Below are positions 10,490-17,229 of a stretch of DNA of 25,357 bases, piece by piece. Within the stretch, counting starts at the first letter, position 1; every line of letters starts with the position of its first letter. Under the pieces are notes generated by a model. The model was not told the DNA's origin and ran no database searches. It saw nothing but the letters and a program-made list of their open reading frames with translations. The position numbers and the translations under genes are program-made. The stretch is from UHGV virus genome UHGV-1360109; one strand, 5' to 3'. This DNA is from a virus.

Positions 10490-11905
10490 ATGGCTACTTG
10501 GCAACAGGGTATTAATTCTGGTGGTTTTCTGGCTGGCATCGGTACGCAAAATGAGAATGCGCCAAAGGCAAGCGACATTAACGCAACGCTTGGTCTGATC
10601 CGCGAAAACAATGAACTGGCTCGATCAGGTGCAAATAACGTTGGTCTGACCGCGTTACGTGGTCTGGCTGGAGTTGCTGATATTTATAAGCAGGAACAGC
10701 AACAGAAAGCTATTAGTGCGTTCAATAAGGTTCACGCTGATGCATGGGCTTCTGGTGATCCATCGGGACTATTTAAGTTTGCCCAGGAAAATCCAGCGTT
10801 TGTTGCACAGGCACAACAGGCGTTTTCCGGTCTTAATGAGCAGCAACGCAACGATATGGGCGAGTTAGCCATGAGGGCTAACGTCGCTCTTTCTCAGGGA
10901 CCGGAAGCCTACAGTAAATTCATTACTGACAACAAGGACGGGTTAAATCGCGTGGGGGCGAATGCTGACTGGATGATTCAGACAGGTATCCAGAATCCAG
11001 AGCAGCTATCACACATGCTGACTACTATGTCTCTCGGTGCGCTTGGACCAGAAAAGGCGTTTGCTGTTCAGGATAAGATGGCTGGTCGTGAAATTGACCG
11101 AGGCAGGCTGGCAGAGACAATCCGCAGCAATCAGGCTGGAGAAGCACTTCAGGCGAGAGGGCAAAACCTTTCCTATCAGTCAGCAATGACTGGACACAAT
11201 ATCGCAGCACAACGCTTGGCTCTGGATCAGCAAGAGTTCGGGTTTAAGATGCAGCAAGCACAGGAAAAGGCTCAGCAGTTGATTAGCGAAGCACCTAAGC
11301 TGTCAGTAAACATGGAAAAAGGCATCGAGACGGCTGTAAACAATGCTACAGCATCATCAAACTCAGCCAATTCTATGAGTGCGCTTGCTCAACAGTTCAG
11401 AGCAGAAAAACCAACGACAGGTTTGTTCGGTAACGCACAGAACATGTTCGCAAAACTTACCGGAAGCGATACAACATTGCGTGATTTGCGCATCCGCCAA
11501 AATGCCCTTGTTAACAGTCAGGTTCTTAAATTCCTACCTCCCGGCCCCGCAACGGATAAAGACGTTGAGATCGTTCGGCAGGGTGCACCAACTGACATGG
11601 ATAACCCTGAGACGGTCGCAAGATGGCTTGATGCGATGGCAAACCTTGAGCGACGAAACGCGCAGTTTAATGAGTTTAAAGCCGAGTGGATGAGCGCGAA
11701 TGGCAATCCAGGACAATCGCGTAATGGCGGTCAGATATTGGGGTTGGATGTTAAAAAAGGTGAATCATTGGGGAGTGCCGTTAAGCGGTATATGTCAATG
11801 AATACTGACGCAGCGCCAGCACAAGATTCGACACCTTCAGGAGAACCACGGAATCAGGTTGGATCATATACCTCAAAATCAGGCATTCAATTTACGGTGG
11901 AATGA
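10490..11905 (+). CDS. ejection protein, P22 gp20-like
   Basis: 471 aa, the same length as P22 gp20; AAGGGG RBS; conserved order. Confidence 0.82.
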   Translation: MATWQQGINSGGFLAGIGTQNENAPKASDINATLGLIRENNELARSGANNVGLTALRGLAGVADIYKQEQQQKAISAFNKVHADAWASGDPSGLFKFAQENPAFVAQAQQAFSGLNEQQRNDMGELAMRANVALSQGPEAYSKFITDNKDGLNRVGANADWMIQTGIQNPEQLSHMLTTMSLGALGPEKAFAVQDKMAGREIDRGRLAETIRSNQAGEALQARGQNLSYQSAMTGHNIAAQRLALDQQEFGFKMQQAQEKAQQLISEAPKLSVNMEKGIETAVNNATASSNSANSMSALAQQFRAEKPTTGLFGNAQNMFAKLTGSDTTLRDLRIRQNALVNSQVLKFLPPGPATDKDVEIVRQGAPTDMDNPETVARWLDAMANLERRNAQFNEFKAEWMSANGNPGQSRNGGQILGLDVKKGESLGSAVKRYMSMNTDAAPAQDSTPSGEPRNQVGSYTSKSGIQFTVE

Positions 11906-13743
11906 TGAAAGTAACTGCAAACGGTAAGACATTTACCTTTCCTGATGGTACGAGCACCGAAGATATTGGCACCGCCATTGATGAGTATTTTGCTGGTCAG
12001 GCTGTTCAGCAACAAACAGTTAATCAGGCCAATAATGCACCAACACGGGAAGAACCATCATTGATGCAACAAGCTGGCGATTGGCTCACTGGTGGTCAAA
12101 GTGCAGGGCAAATTGCAGAACAGGCTGGTCGTGGTCTGGTAAACATACCATTTGACGTATTGCAGGGCGGCGCAAGTCTGATTAATGCAATCAGCCAGGG
12201 GCTTGGTGGACCCAAGGTTTTGGATGATGTTTATCGTCCAGTAGACAGACCGACAGACCCCTACGCACAAGCCGGTGAAACAATTGGTGGGTATTTAGTT
12301 CCAGGAGTTGGAACGGCAGGAAGCATGGCTATTGGATCACTGGCAGAGGCCGCAAATCAGAAAGGCGATTTCGCACAAAATGCAGCTAAAAATGCCGGAG
12401 TTAACCTTGCCGCTCAGGGTGTTCTTTCCGCCGCAGCAAAGGGAATAGGGCGTGGAATAACGGCTATAAAAGGTGATATTGCGCCAGAAGTGGCGAAGAA
12501 AATTGCCACATCAGAATCGATGGGCGTGACACCAATGACATCTGATGTTATCCCGCCGAAAAATGCTTTCACTCGCGGCCTTACTCAGGATGCCGAGGGG
12601 GCTTTGCTCGGGACAGGCTCAAAGCGAGCGGAGCAATATGCAACGCGTAGTAAGCTGGTAAGTAATTATTTTGACCGTTTTGGTGAGTACAACCCTGATG
12701 ATGTAGTGAAATCTCTGACCACCACGTTAAGGGGGAGGAAGGATGCCGCTGGCGCTGTTATCAATGACGTCACCAATAAAATGGGTAATGCCGCAGTTGA
12801 TACCACAAATACCATGAATGCTCTGAATACAGCGATCGCAAGACAGGAACGACTTGGGACGTCTGCCAATCAAAGCCTGCTTACATCCTTGCGTAACCTA
12901 CGTGAAGAATTAGCAAACCCTGCAACTGATTTGGATGTTACGTTTGATCTCTTGCGTCAGCACAGAACAGCATTTAGATCTAATGTTCAGGGAGATGCTA
13001 TGGTCTTCCCCAACCAGGCAAAAGCAGCTACCAATATGGTAGAGAATGCAATGTCAAAAGACCTTCGTAACGCAGTTGCTAAAAACCTCGGTGCATCAGA
13101 CGCAGCAAAATACCTTAAAGCAAATTCCGATTATGCAAACGTTTATAATAAGGTGCTTAATAAAAACATTGCTAACAAACTCAACAAGGCAAGCAGTGAA
13201 GCCAGTCCTGAACTTATAAATACCGTTGTATTAAGCAGAAAACCATCTGACGTGAAACGAATCTGGAGCGCACTGGATGATAAAGGGAAAGATGCTATGC
13301 GTGCAGCTTACGTCAGCAAAATAGCGGAAAAGGCCGGTGACTCTCCAGCCAAGTTCATCACTGAAGTTAATAAGCTGAAATCTCAGTCAGGCGGTGAAAT
13401 TTACAACACTATTTTTTCTGGAAAGCACATGAAAGAACTTGATGCTCTTCATGAAGTTCTGCAGCAAACAGCAAGGTCAGACACCGCAAATGTAGTAACT
13501 CAGACGGGGCAATCGCAAGCCAACAGGATAAGGACGATTGGCGCAACTGCGACTCTTGGCGTATCAATGGGGCTTGAGGCTGGTTTCGGTGCAATGATGC
13601 GCTTGTATGAGTCCAAAGCAGCAAGGAATGCGCTCTTACGTCTGGCAAACACCAAAGCAGGAACACCAGCCTATGAAAGAGCGTTGAGTAACGCTGCAAA
13701 TGCCATCAGGCCGCTGCTTGCTACTGAGGCAACACAGCAGTAA
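11902..13743 (+). CDS. ejection protein, P22 gp16-like
   Basis: 613 aa; ATGA overlap with gp20; last gene of the ejection-protein trio. Confidence 0.82.
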   Translation: MMKVTANGKTFTFPDGTSTEDIGTAIDEYFAGQAVQQQTVNQANNAPTREEPSLMQQAGDWLTGGQSAGQIAEQAGRGLVNIPFDVLQGGASLINAISQGLGGPKVLDDVYRPVDRPTDPYAQAGETIGGYLVPGVGTAGSMAIGSLAEAANQKGDFAQNAAKNAGVNLAAQGVLSAAAKGIGRGITAIKGDIAPEVAKKIATSESMGVTPMTSDVIPPKNAFTRGLTQDAEGALLGTGSKRAEQYATRSKLVSNYFDRFGEYNPDDVVKSLTTTLRGRKDAAGAVINDVTNKMGNAAVDTTNTMNALNTAIARQERLGTSANQSLLTSLRNLREELANPATDLDVTFDLLRQHRTAFRSNVQGDAMVFPNQAKAATNMVENAMSKDLRNAVAKNLGASDAAKYLKANSDYANVYNKVLNKNIANKLNKASSEASPELINTVVLSRKPSDVKRIWSALDDKGKDAMRAAYVSKIAEKAGDSPAKFITEVNKLKSQSGGEIYNTIFSGKHMKELDALHEVLQQTARSDTANVVTQTGQSQANRIRTIGATATLGVSMGLEAGFGAMMRLYESKAARNALLRLANTKAGTPAYERALSNAANAIRPLLATEATQQ

Positions 13744-13767
13744 CGTATGGGGAATTGGATTCAATCG

Positions 13768-14157
13768 TTAACATTTTCTTTTTACTTTTCCAACAAAAGC
13801 TTTGGTTGAATCCATATTCCCATAACCAGAAATGGTTTTTGACATTAAAACTGTTCCAGTAGGATGTATTACCCATGAGTCGATAACGCGTTGAGTTTCG
13901 CCATTCGCGCCGATTCCTATGATGGAGTTTTTAGACAATGCTTTGTAAGCCATGCCGCCCGCATCTGTCCCAGAATATGTGATGCTGGCATCTTCACCGC
14001 TTGTCTTAATGATGAATGTTCCACTAAAACCATCTTCTTCCGGATGGAAATTATTTCGTTCTGAATAGCTTATTCCGCGCATATCTCCAACGACCCAGCA
14101 CTCTGCTGTAGCCCCAAAAGATATGAATAAGAACATAGCAGCAAGAAATTGCTTCAC
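13768..14157 (-). CDS. small exported protein of unknown function (cargo gene)
   Basis: GTG start at 14157 preceded by a perfect TAAGGAGGT SD; N-terminus VKQFLAAMFLFISFGATA|EC is a signal peptide with an A-T-A signal-peptidase site; mature part has Cys near both ends; the longer ORF-track version (to 14373) has an implausible His/Cys-rich extension. Confidence 0.6.
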   Translation of the reverse strand: MKQFLAAMFLFISFGATAECWVVGDMRGISYSERNNFHPEEDGFSGTFIIKTSGEDASITYSGTDAGGMAYKALSKNSIIGIGANGETQRVIDSWVIHPTGTVLMSKTISGYGNMDSTKAFVGKVKRKC

Positions 14158-14187
14158 ACCAACCTCCTTAGTTTTGTGCAGGATACC

Positions 14188-14553
14188 ATGAAAAAAGTTA
14201 ACATTGGAAACGTACCAAAGATGCTCGTTCCGCTCTTTGAGAGCGGTACAATTGTGTTTTGTAGAGACTTTCCAGAATGGCAACGCCTGCATCAAAAACT
14301 TGGTGTGGACGTGCAGGACTCGGACGCCAACGGAGCGTCTCATACAATGAGCAGCGAGAATGGTGTTTTGCATGTGATAGGCGTGTTCAATGGCAAACTA
14401 TCTACTATTGCCCATGAGTGCGCTCACATGGCATTCGATATCTGCTCAAGGGTCGGTGTTGATGTTGAACCAGGAAGAGCCAACGAGACTTACTGCTACT
14501 TAATGAGCAGGCTTGTTGAGTTCTGCGAGCGACATATCAAAAAGCCGGAGTGA
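14188..14553 (+). CDS. small putative zinc metallopeptidase (HExxH motif), family unassigned
   Basis: 121 aa from ATG 14188 (MKKVNIGNVPKMLVPLFESG...); HECAH motif in IAHECAHMAFDICSRVGVDVEPGRANE with Glu 14 and 20 residues downstream; the ORF-track start at 14149 is a TTG. Confidence 0.55.
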   Translation: MKKVNIGNVPKMLVPLFESGTIVFCRDFPEWQRLHQKLGVDVQDSDANGASHTMSSENGVLHVIGVFNGKLSTIAHECAHMAFDICSRVGVDVEPGRANETYCYLMSRLVEFCERHIKKPE

Positions 14554-14566
14554 CCCGGCTTGATTA

Positions 14567-14746
14567 TTACTTTTTGCTGTCTGGAGTTCGCTTATCCAAT
14601 ACCCAGCCATGACCTGGCTTTGTTGTTGGTGGAAGCCTTTCGTTGTCCTTGACGGTGGCAAAATTGTCTTTCTTACCGCCGCGTGGGCCAACTTCTTGGT
14701 ATATTCCGCCGTTTTTTCCTGTGTTTTCACCTGGTTTTTTCGCCAT
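14567..14746 (-). CDS. YjzC-like small protein
   Basis: 59 aa (MAKKPGENTGKNGGIYQEVGPRGGKKDNFATVKDNERLPPTTKPGHGWVLDKRTPDSKK); the G..GIY.EVGP.GG ... LPPT ... W pattern resembles the YjzC-like family as I remember it; GAGGT RBS 7 nt upstream of ATG 14746. Confidence 0.55.
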   Translation of the reverse strand: MAKKPGENTGKNGGIYQEVGPRGGKKDNFATVKDNERLPPTTKPGHGWVLDKRTPDSKK

Positions 14747-14782
14747 GATATACCTCAACATGCACCCGTTATTGGGCGATTA

Positions 14783-14811
14783 AATATTGATCTCATTTTA
14801 TGAGTAGTCAA
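14783..14811 (-). promoter_or_regulatory. candidate sigma70 promoter for the YjzC-like gene with a dyad in the spacer
   Basis: On the minus strand: TTGACT (14811-14806), 17-bp spacer, AATATT (14788-14783); the spacer contains the palindrome CTCAT-TTT-ATGAG (14792-14804). Confidence 0.3.
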
Positions 14812-14837
14812 TATGGTCCAAAAAAGGTAAAAATTAA

Positions 14838-14859
14838 CCCACCGTCAGGTGGGTTTTTT
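14838..14859. terminator. bidirectional rho-independent terminator
   Basis: CCCACC-GTCA-GGTGGG hairpin; T-run on the plus strand (14854-14859) and a U-rich tract on the minus strand (complement of AAAAAGGTAAAAATTAA); lies about 25 nt downstream of the ClpP-like gene stop. Confidence 0.7.
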
Positions 14860-14884
14860 ATAAGGAGTAATCATGATTTACCCA

Positions 14885-15421
14885 TCAAACAACCCACCAG
14901 TTTGCCTGATTGGATGCCAGCCTTGCAGTTTTTATGGAATTAATTATGCCATGCTCAAGAGCCTTGTTAGCATCCAAAATGGTCGAGTCTGCTATCAGGG
15001 ATGCCCACCTAATATGGGTTCCGATGTCGATATTGAACGTCTCAACGAAGCGATCAAGATCGTTATCGAGGCATTTCCCGTACTCTCTCAATCTGGCATG
15101 GTCGGCGGCTGGGGAGGCAAAGCACCATAATAGAGGATGTAACAGGAATCTTGATAATGGGTTTGCGAAACGTTCTGAGCCAGCCAGGAAAACGATATTA
15201 GCTATGGATTCAACATTGCTTATGTTGTGAGTTCTAACGGTAACAGGGAGTGACTTAAGAAAGTTATACGCAGTAAAGCCAGCGGCAGTTTCCCCTCCCT
15301 GACTTGATATATGGATATTTAATTCAGTTGCGCCTTGAGATAATGCGGTGAGACAGTGGTTCTGAAGTTGCCCAACAGTGGCAGTGTTAACGGGGCATAA
15401 GAAATGAATTGTGTGCAGCAT
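14885..15421 (-). CDS. ClpP/SppA-fold serine peptidase homologue (cargo gene, co-transcribed with mnt)
   Basis: 178 aa; ELNIHISSQGGETAAGFTAYNFLKSLPVTVRTHNISNVESIANIVFLAGSERFANPLSRFLLHP aligns by eye with E. coli ClpP [67 protein letters not shown]; candidate nucleophile Ser and His are in place; start ATG shares one base with the mnt stop (TAATG). Confidence 0.75.
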   Translation of the reverse strand: MLHTIHFLCPVNTATVGQLQNHCLTALSQGATELNIHISSQGGETAAGFTAYNFLKSLPVTVRTHNISNVESIANIVFLAGSERFANPLSRFLLHPLLWCFASPAADHARLREYGKCLDNDLDRFVETFNIDIGTHIRWASLIADSTILDANKALEHGIINSIKTARLASNQANWWVV

Positions 15422-15675
15422 TATTTATCATCCTTGCCATAAATCTTTTTAAGTGTCTCAAACACAACGGCCTTGAACTGCTCTGCTTGCTGATCAGCCA
15501 AGCGTTCAGCTTCGTCTCGATAGCCTGCAATCGGTGATGGCTTTGAGAGAGCATCCTGAACGATTTGTAATAACTCAGAGTTCATTGACCTTCCGTTAGC
15601 CTCTGCTCTTAATTTCAATTTTTCTCTTACTTCCAAAGGCATACGGAAGTTAAAGTGCGGATCGTTTCTAGCCAT
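15421..15675 (-). CDS. mnt: Mnt repressor (ribbon-helix-helix)
   Basis: 84 aa; MARNDPHFNFRMPLEVREKLKLRAEANGRSMNSELLQIVQDALSKPSP closely resembles P22 Mnt; GGGGTGA RBS; divergent from arc across the operator region. Confidence 0.92.
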   Translation of the reverse strand: MARNDPHFNFRMPLEVREKLKLRAEANGRSMNSELLQIVQDALSKPSPIAGYRDEAERLADQQAEQFKAVVFETLKKIYGKDDK

Positions 15676-15697
15676 GCCATCACCCCAAGTTAGTGTA

Positions 15698-15751
15698 TTG
15701 ACATGATAGAAGCACTCTACTATGTTCTCAATAGGTCCACAGTGGACCTAT
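15698..15751. promoter_or_regulatory. immI control region: Pant promoter with arc and mnt operators
   Basis: TTGACA (15698-15703), 17-bp spacer, TATGTT (15721-15726); arc-operator-like ATGATAGAAGCACTCTACTAT (15703-15723); perfect 21-bp palindrome ATAGGTCCAC-A-GTGGACCTAT (15731-15751) matching the P22 mnt operator. Confidence 0.85.
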
Positions 15752-15765
15752 ATTGTGAGGTAAAT

Positions 15766-15924
15766 ATGAAAGGAATGAGCAAAATGCCGCAGTTCAATTT
15801 GCGGTGGCCTAAAGAAGTATTGGATTTGGTGCGTAAGGTGGCGGAAGAGAACGGGCGATCTGTTAACTCTGAGATTTACAAGCGAGTGTTGGACAGCCTG
15901 AAGAGAGAGGGGATAACGGTATGA
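15766..15924 (+). CDS. arc: Arc repressor (ribbon-helix-helix)
   Basis: 52 aa from ATG 15766 (MKGMSKMPQFNLRWPKEVLDLVRKVAEENGRSVNSEIYKRVLDSLKREGITV), close to P22 Arc; GAGG RBS; the ORF-track start at 15703 is an upstream extension running through the operators. Confidence 0.92.
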   Translation: MKGMSKMPQFNLRWPKEVLDLVRKVAEENGRSVNSEIYKRVLDSLKREGITV

Positions 15925-16142
15925 GGTTTATTGAGGTTGATGAGATTGGCTATGAGAATGCACTTGGTAGAGGTAAATCTTTAGTTAACATTGATGGCAT
16001 TGAATCGATAAGGAGTGGTGAATTTACGGAGATCAGAATGATGTCAGGCGGAATCATTCCTTGCCGTGATTCAGTAGAGTCAATCAAATCAAAAATGAGT
16101 GGTCAGTGGCTTTATAGCTACAGTGACTTACAAAAACAGTGA
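15921..16142 (+). CDS. small hypothetical protein inserted between arc and ant
   Basis: 73 aa; ATG 15921 overlaps the arc stop (ATGA); no family recognised; arc and ant are adjacent in P22. Confidence 0.5.
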   Translation: MRFIEVDEIGYENALGRGKSLVNIDGIESIRSGEFTEIRMMSGGIIPCRDSVESIKSKMSGQWLYSYSDLQKQ

Positions 16143-16205
16143 AGCCCCAACTGCGGTAACAGTCAGGGCTTCGGTATCGTAAAACCACGCATAGGAATTA
16201 ACGAC

Positions 16206-17129
16206 ATGACGAGTGTAGCAATTGCAGAACATACAATCAACGTTCCATTCCACGGAACAAATCTCTTTTTGGTCAGCATTAACAATGAACCTTACGTTCC
16301 TATGAAACCCGTTGTAGAAGGCATGGGTATGGTTTGGGCTGCTCAATTTGTTAAATTAAAACAGAGATTTGTCAAAGGTATTTCGGAAATCGAAATACCT
16401 TCTGCTGGCGGTAAACAGTTAATGATATGCCTTGCCTTTCGTAAGTTTGCGGCTTGGCTTTCAAGCATTCAGCCAAACAAAGTCCGCCCTGAAATCCGCG
16501 ACAAGGTAATCCAGTATCAGGAAGAGTGTGACGATGTGCTCTACGAGTACTGGACTAAAGGCTATGTAGTTAACCCACGCAAATCTAAAAAGGCGTTGCC
16601 GGGTAAAATCACCACTGAACAGCAGGAAGCCATTAAACAACTCGTCATGAGTCGCGGTCAGTCTCTGCCAAAAGAAAAACAGGCTAAGGCGATGATCACC
16701 ATGTGGTCGTCACTGAAATCCCATTTTGGATGTTCGTACAAAGAAATCAGTGAGGAGCAGTTTACAGAAGCACTGTCACTTGCAGCTCGAGTTCCGCTTG
16801 AAGGTGAGTTCATCGGCAAACAAGAGAAGAAAACCAACGAGCTTTCTGCAAAAGAAGCAAACAGCCTTGTATGGTTATGGGATTATGCCAACCGCTCACA
16901 GGCATTATTCCGCGAACTGTATCCGGCGCTAAAACAAATTCAATCGAACTATTCCGGCAGATGCTACGACTACGGTCATGAATTCTCGTATGTTATCGGA
17001 ATGGCGAGAGATGTTTTAATCAACCATACACGAGATGTTGATATTAATGAGCCAGACGGACCAACGAATCTTTCCGCATGGATGAGACTTAAGAATAAAG
17101 AATTACCTCCTTCAGTACATAACTACTGA
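16206..17129 (+). CDS. ant: antirepressor Ant
   Basis: 307 aa, close to P22 Ant (300 aa); position after arc; AGGA RBS; followed by a strong terminator. Confidence 0.82.
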   Translation: MTSVAIAEHTINVPFHGTNLFLVSINNEPYVPMKPVVEGMGMVWAAQFVKLKQRFVKGISEIEIPSAGGKQLMICLAFRKFAAWLSSIQPNKVRPEIRDKVIQYQEECDDVLYEYWTKGYVVNPRKSKKALPGKITTEQQEAIKQLVMSRGQSLPKEKQAKAMITMWSSLKSHFGCSYKEISEEQFTEALSLAARVPLEGEFIGKQEKKTNELSAKEANSLVWLWDYANRSQALFRELYPALKQIQSNYSGRCYDYGHEFSYVIGMARDVLINHTRDVDINEPDGPTNLSAWMRLKNKELPPSVHNY

Positions 17130-17148
17130 TAGATAACCAACGCAACGA

Positions 17149-17171
17149 CCCAGCTTCGGCTGGGTTTTTTT
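17149..17171 (+). terminator. rho-independent terminator after ant
   Basis: CCCAGC-TTCG-GCTGGG hairpin followed by TTTTTTT. Confidence 0.8.
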
Positions 17172-17229
17172 ATGCCCAAAATTCACCGTAGCCATGCTTC
17201 GGCGATTCCTTGTATCTGGAGCAAATTAA

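Noticed and set aside
13745-13830. Imperfect inverted repeat (GGGGAATTGGATTCAA ... TTGAATCCATATTCCC) after gene 16
   Set aside because: Arms are about 40 nt apart, mismatched, and the second arm lies inside the exported-protein coding sequence; no U-run in a terminator-like position.
14158-14373. Long N-terminal extension of the exported-protein ORF in the ORF track
   Set aside because: The extension overlaps the HExxH gene on the other strand, is His/Cys-rich, and the internal GTG at 14157 has a perfect SD followed by a signal peptide.
14873-15130. 85-aa plus-strand ORF with a strong AAGGAG SD right after the bidirectional terminator
   Set aside because: Fully antisense to the ClpP-like gene, whose homology supports the minus-strand frame; translation is Cys/Pro-rich and not protein-like. 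The SD-ATG is probably coincidental, though an antisense element cannot be excluded.
16143-16180. GAAGCCC ... GGGCTTC stem after the 73-aa ORF
   Set aside because: 7-bp stem with an 18-nt loop and no following T-run; not a convincing terminator.
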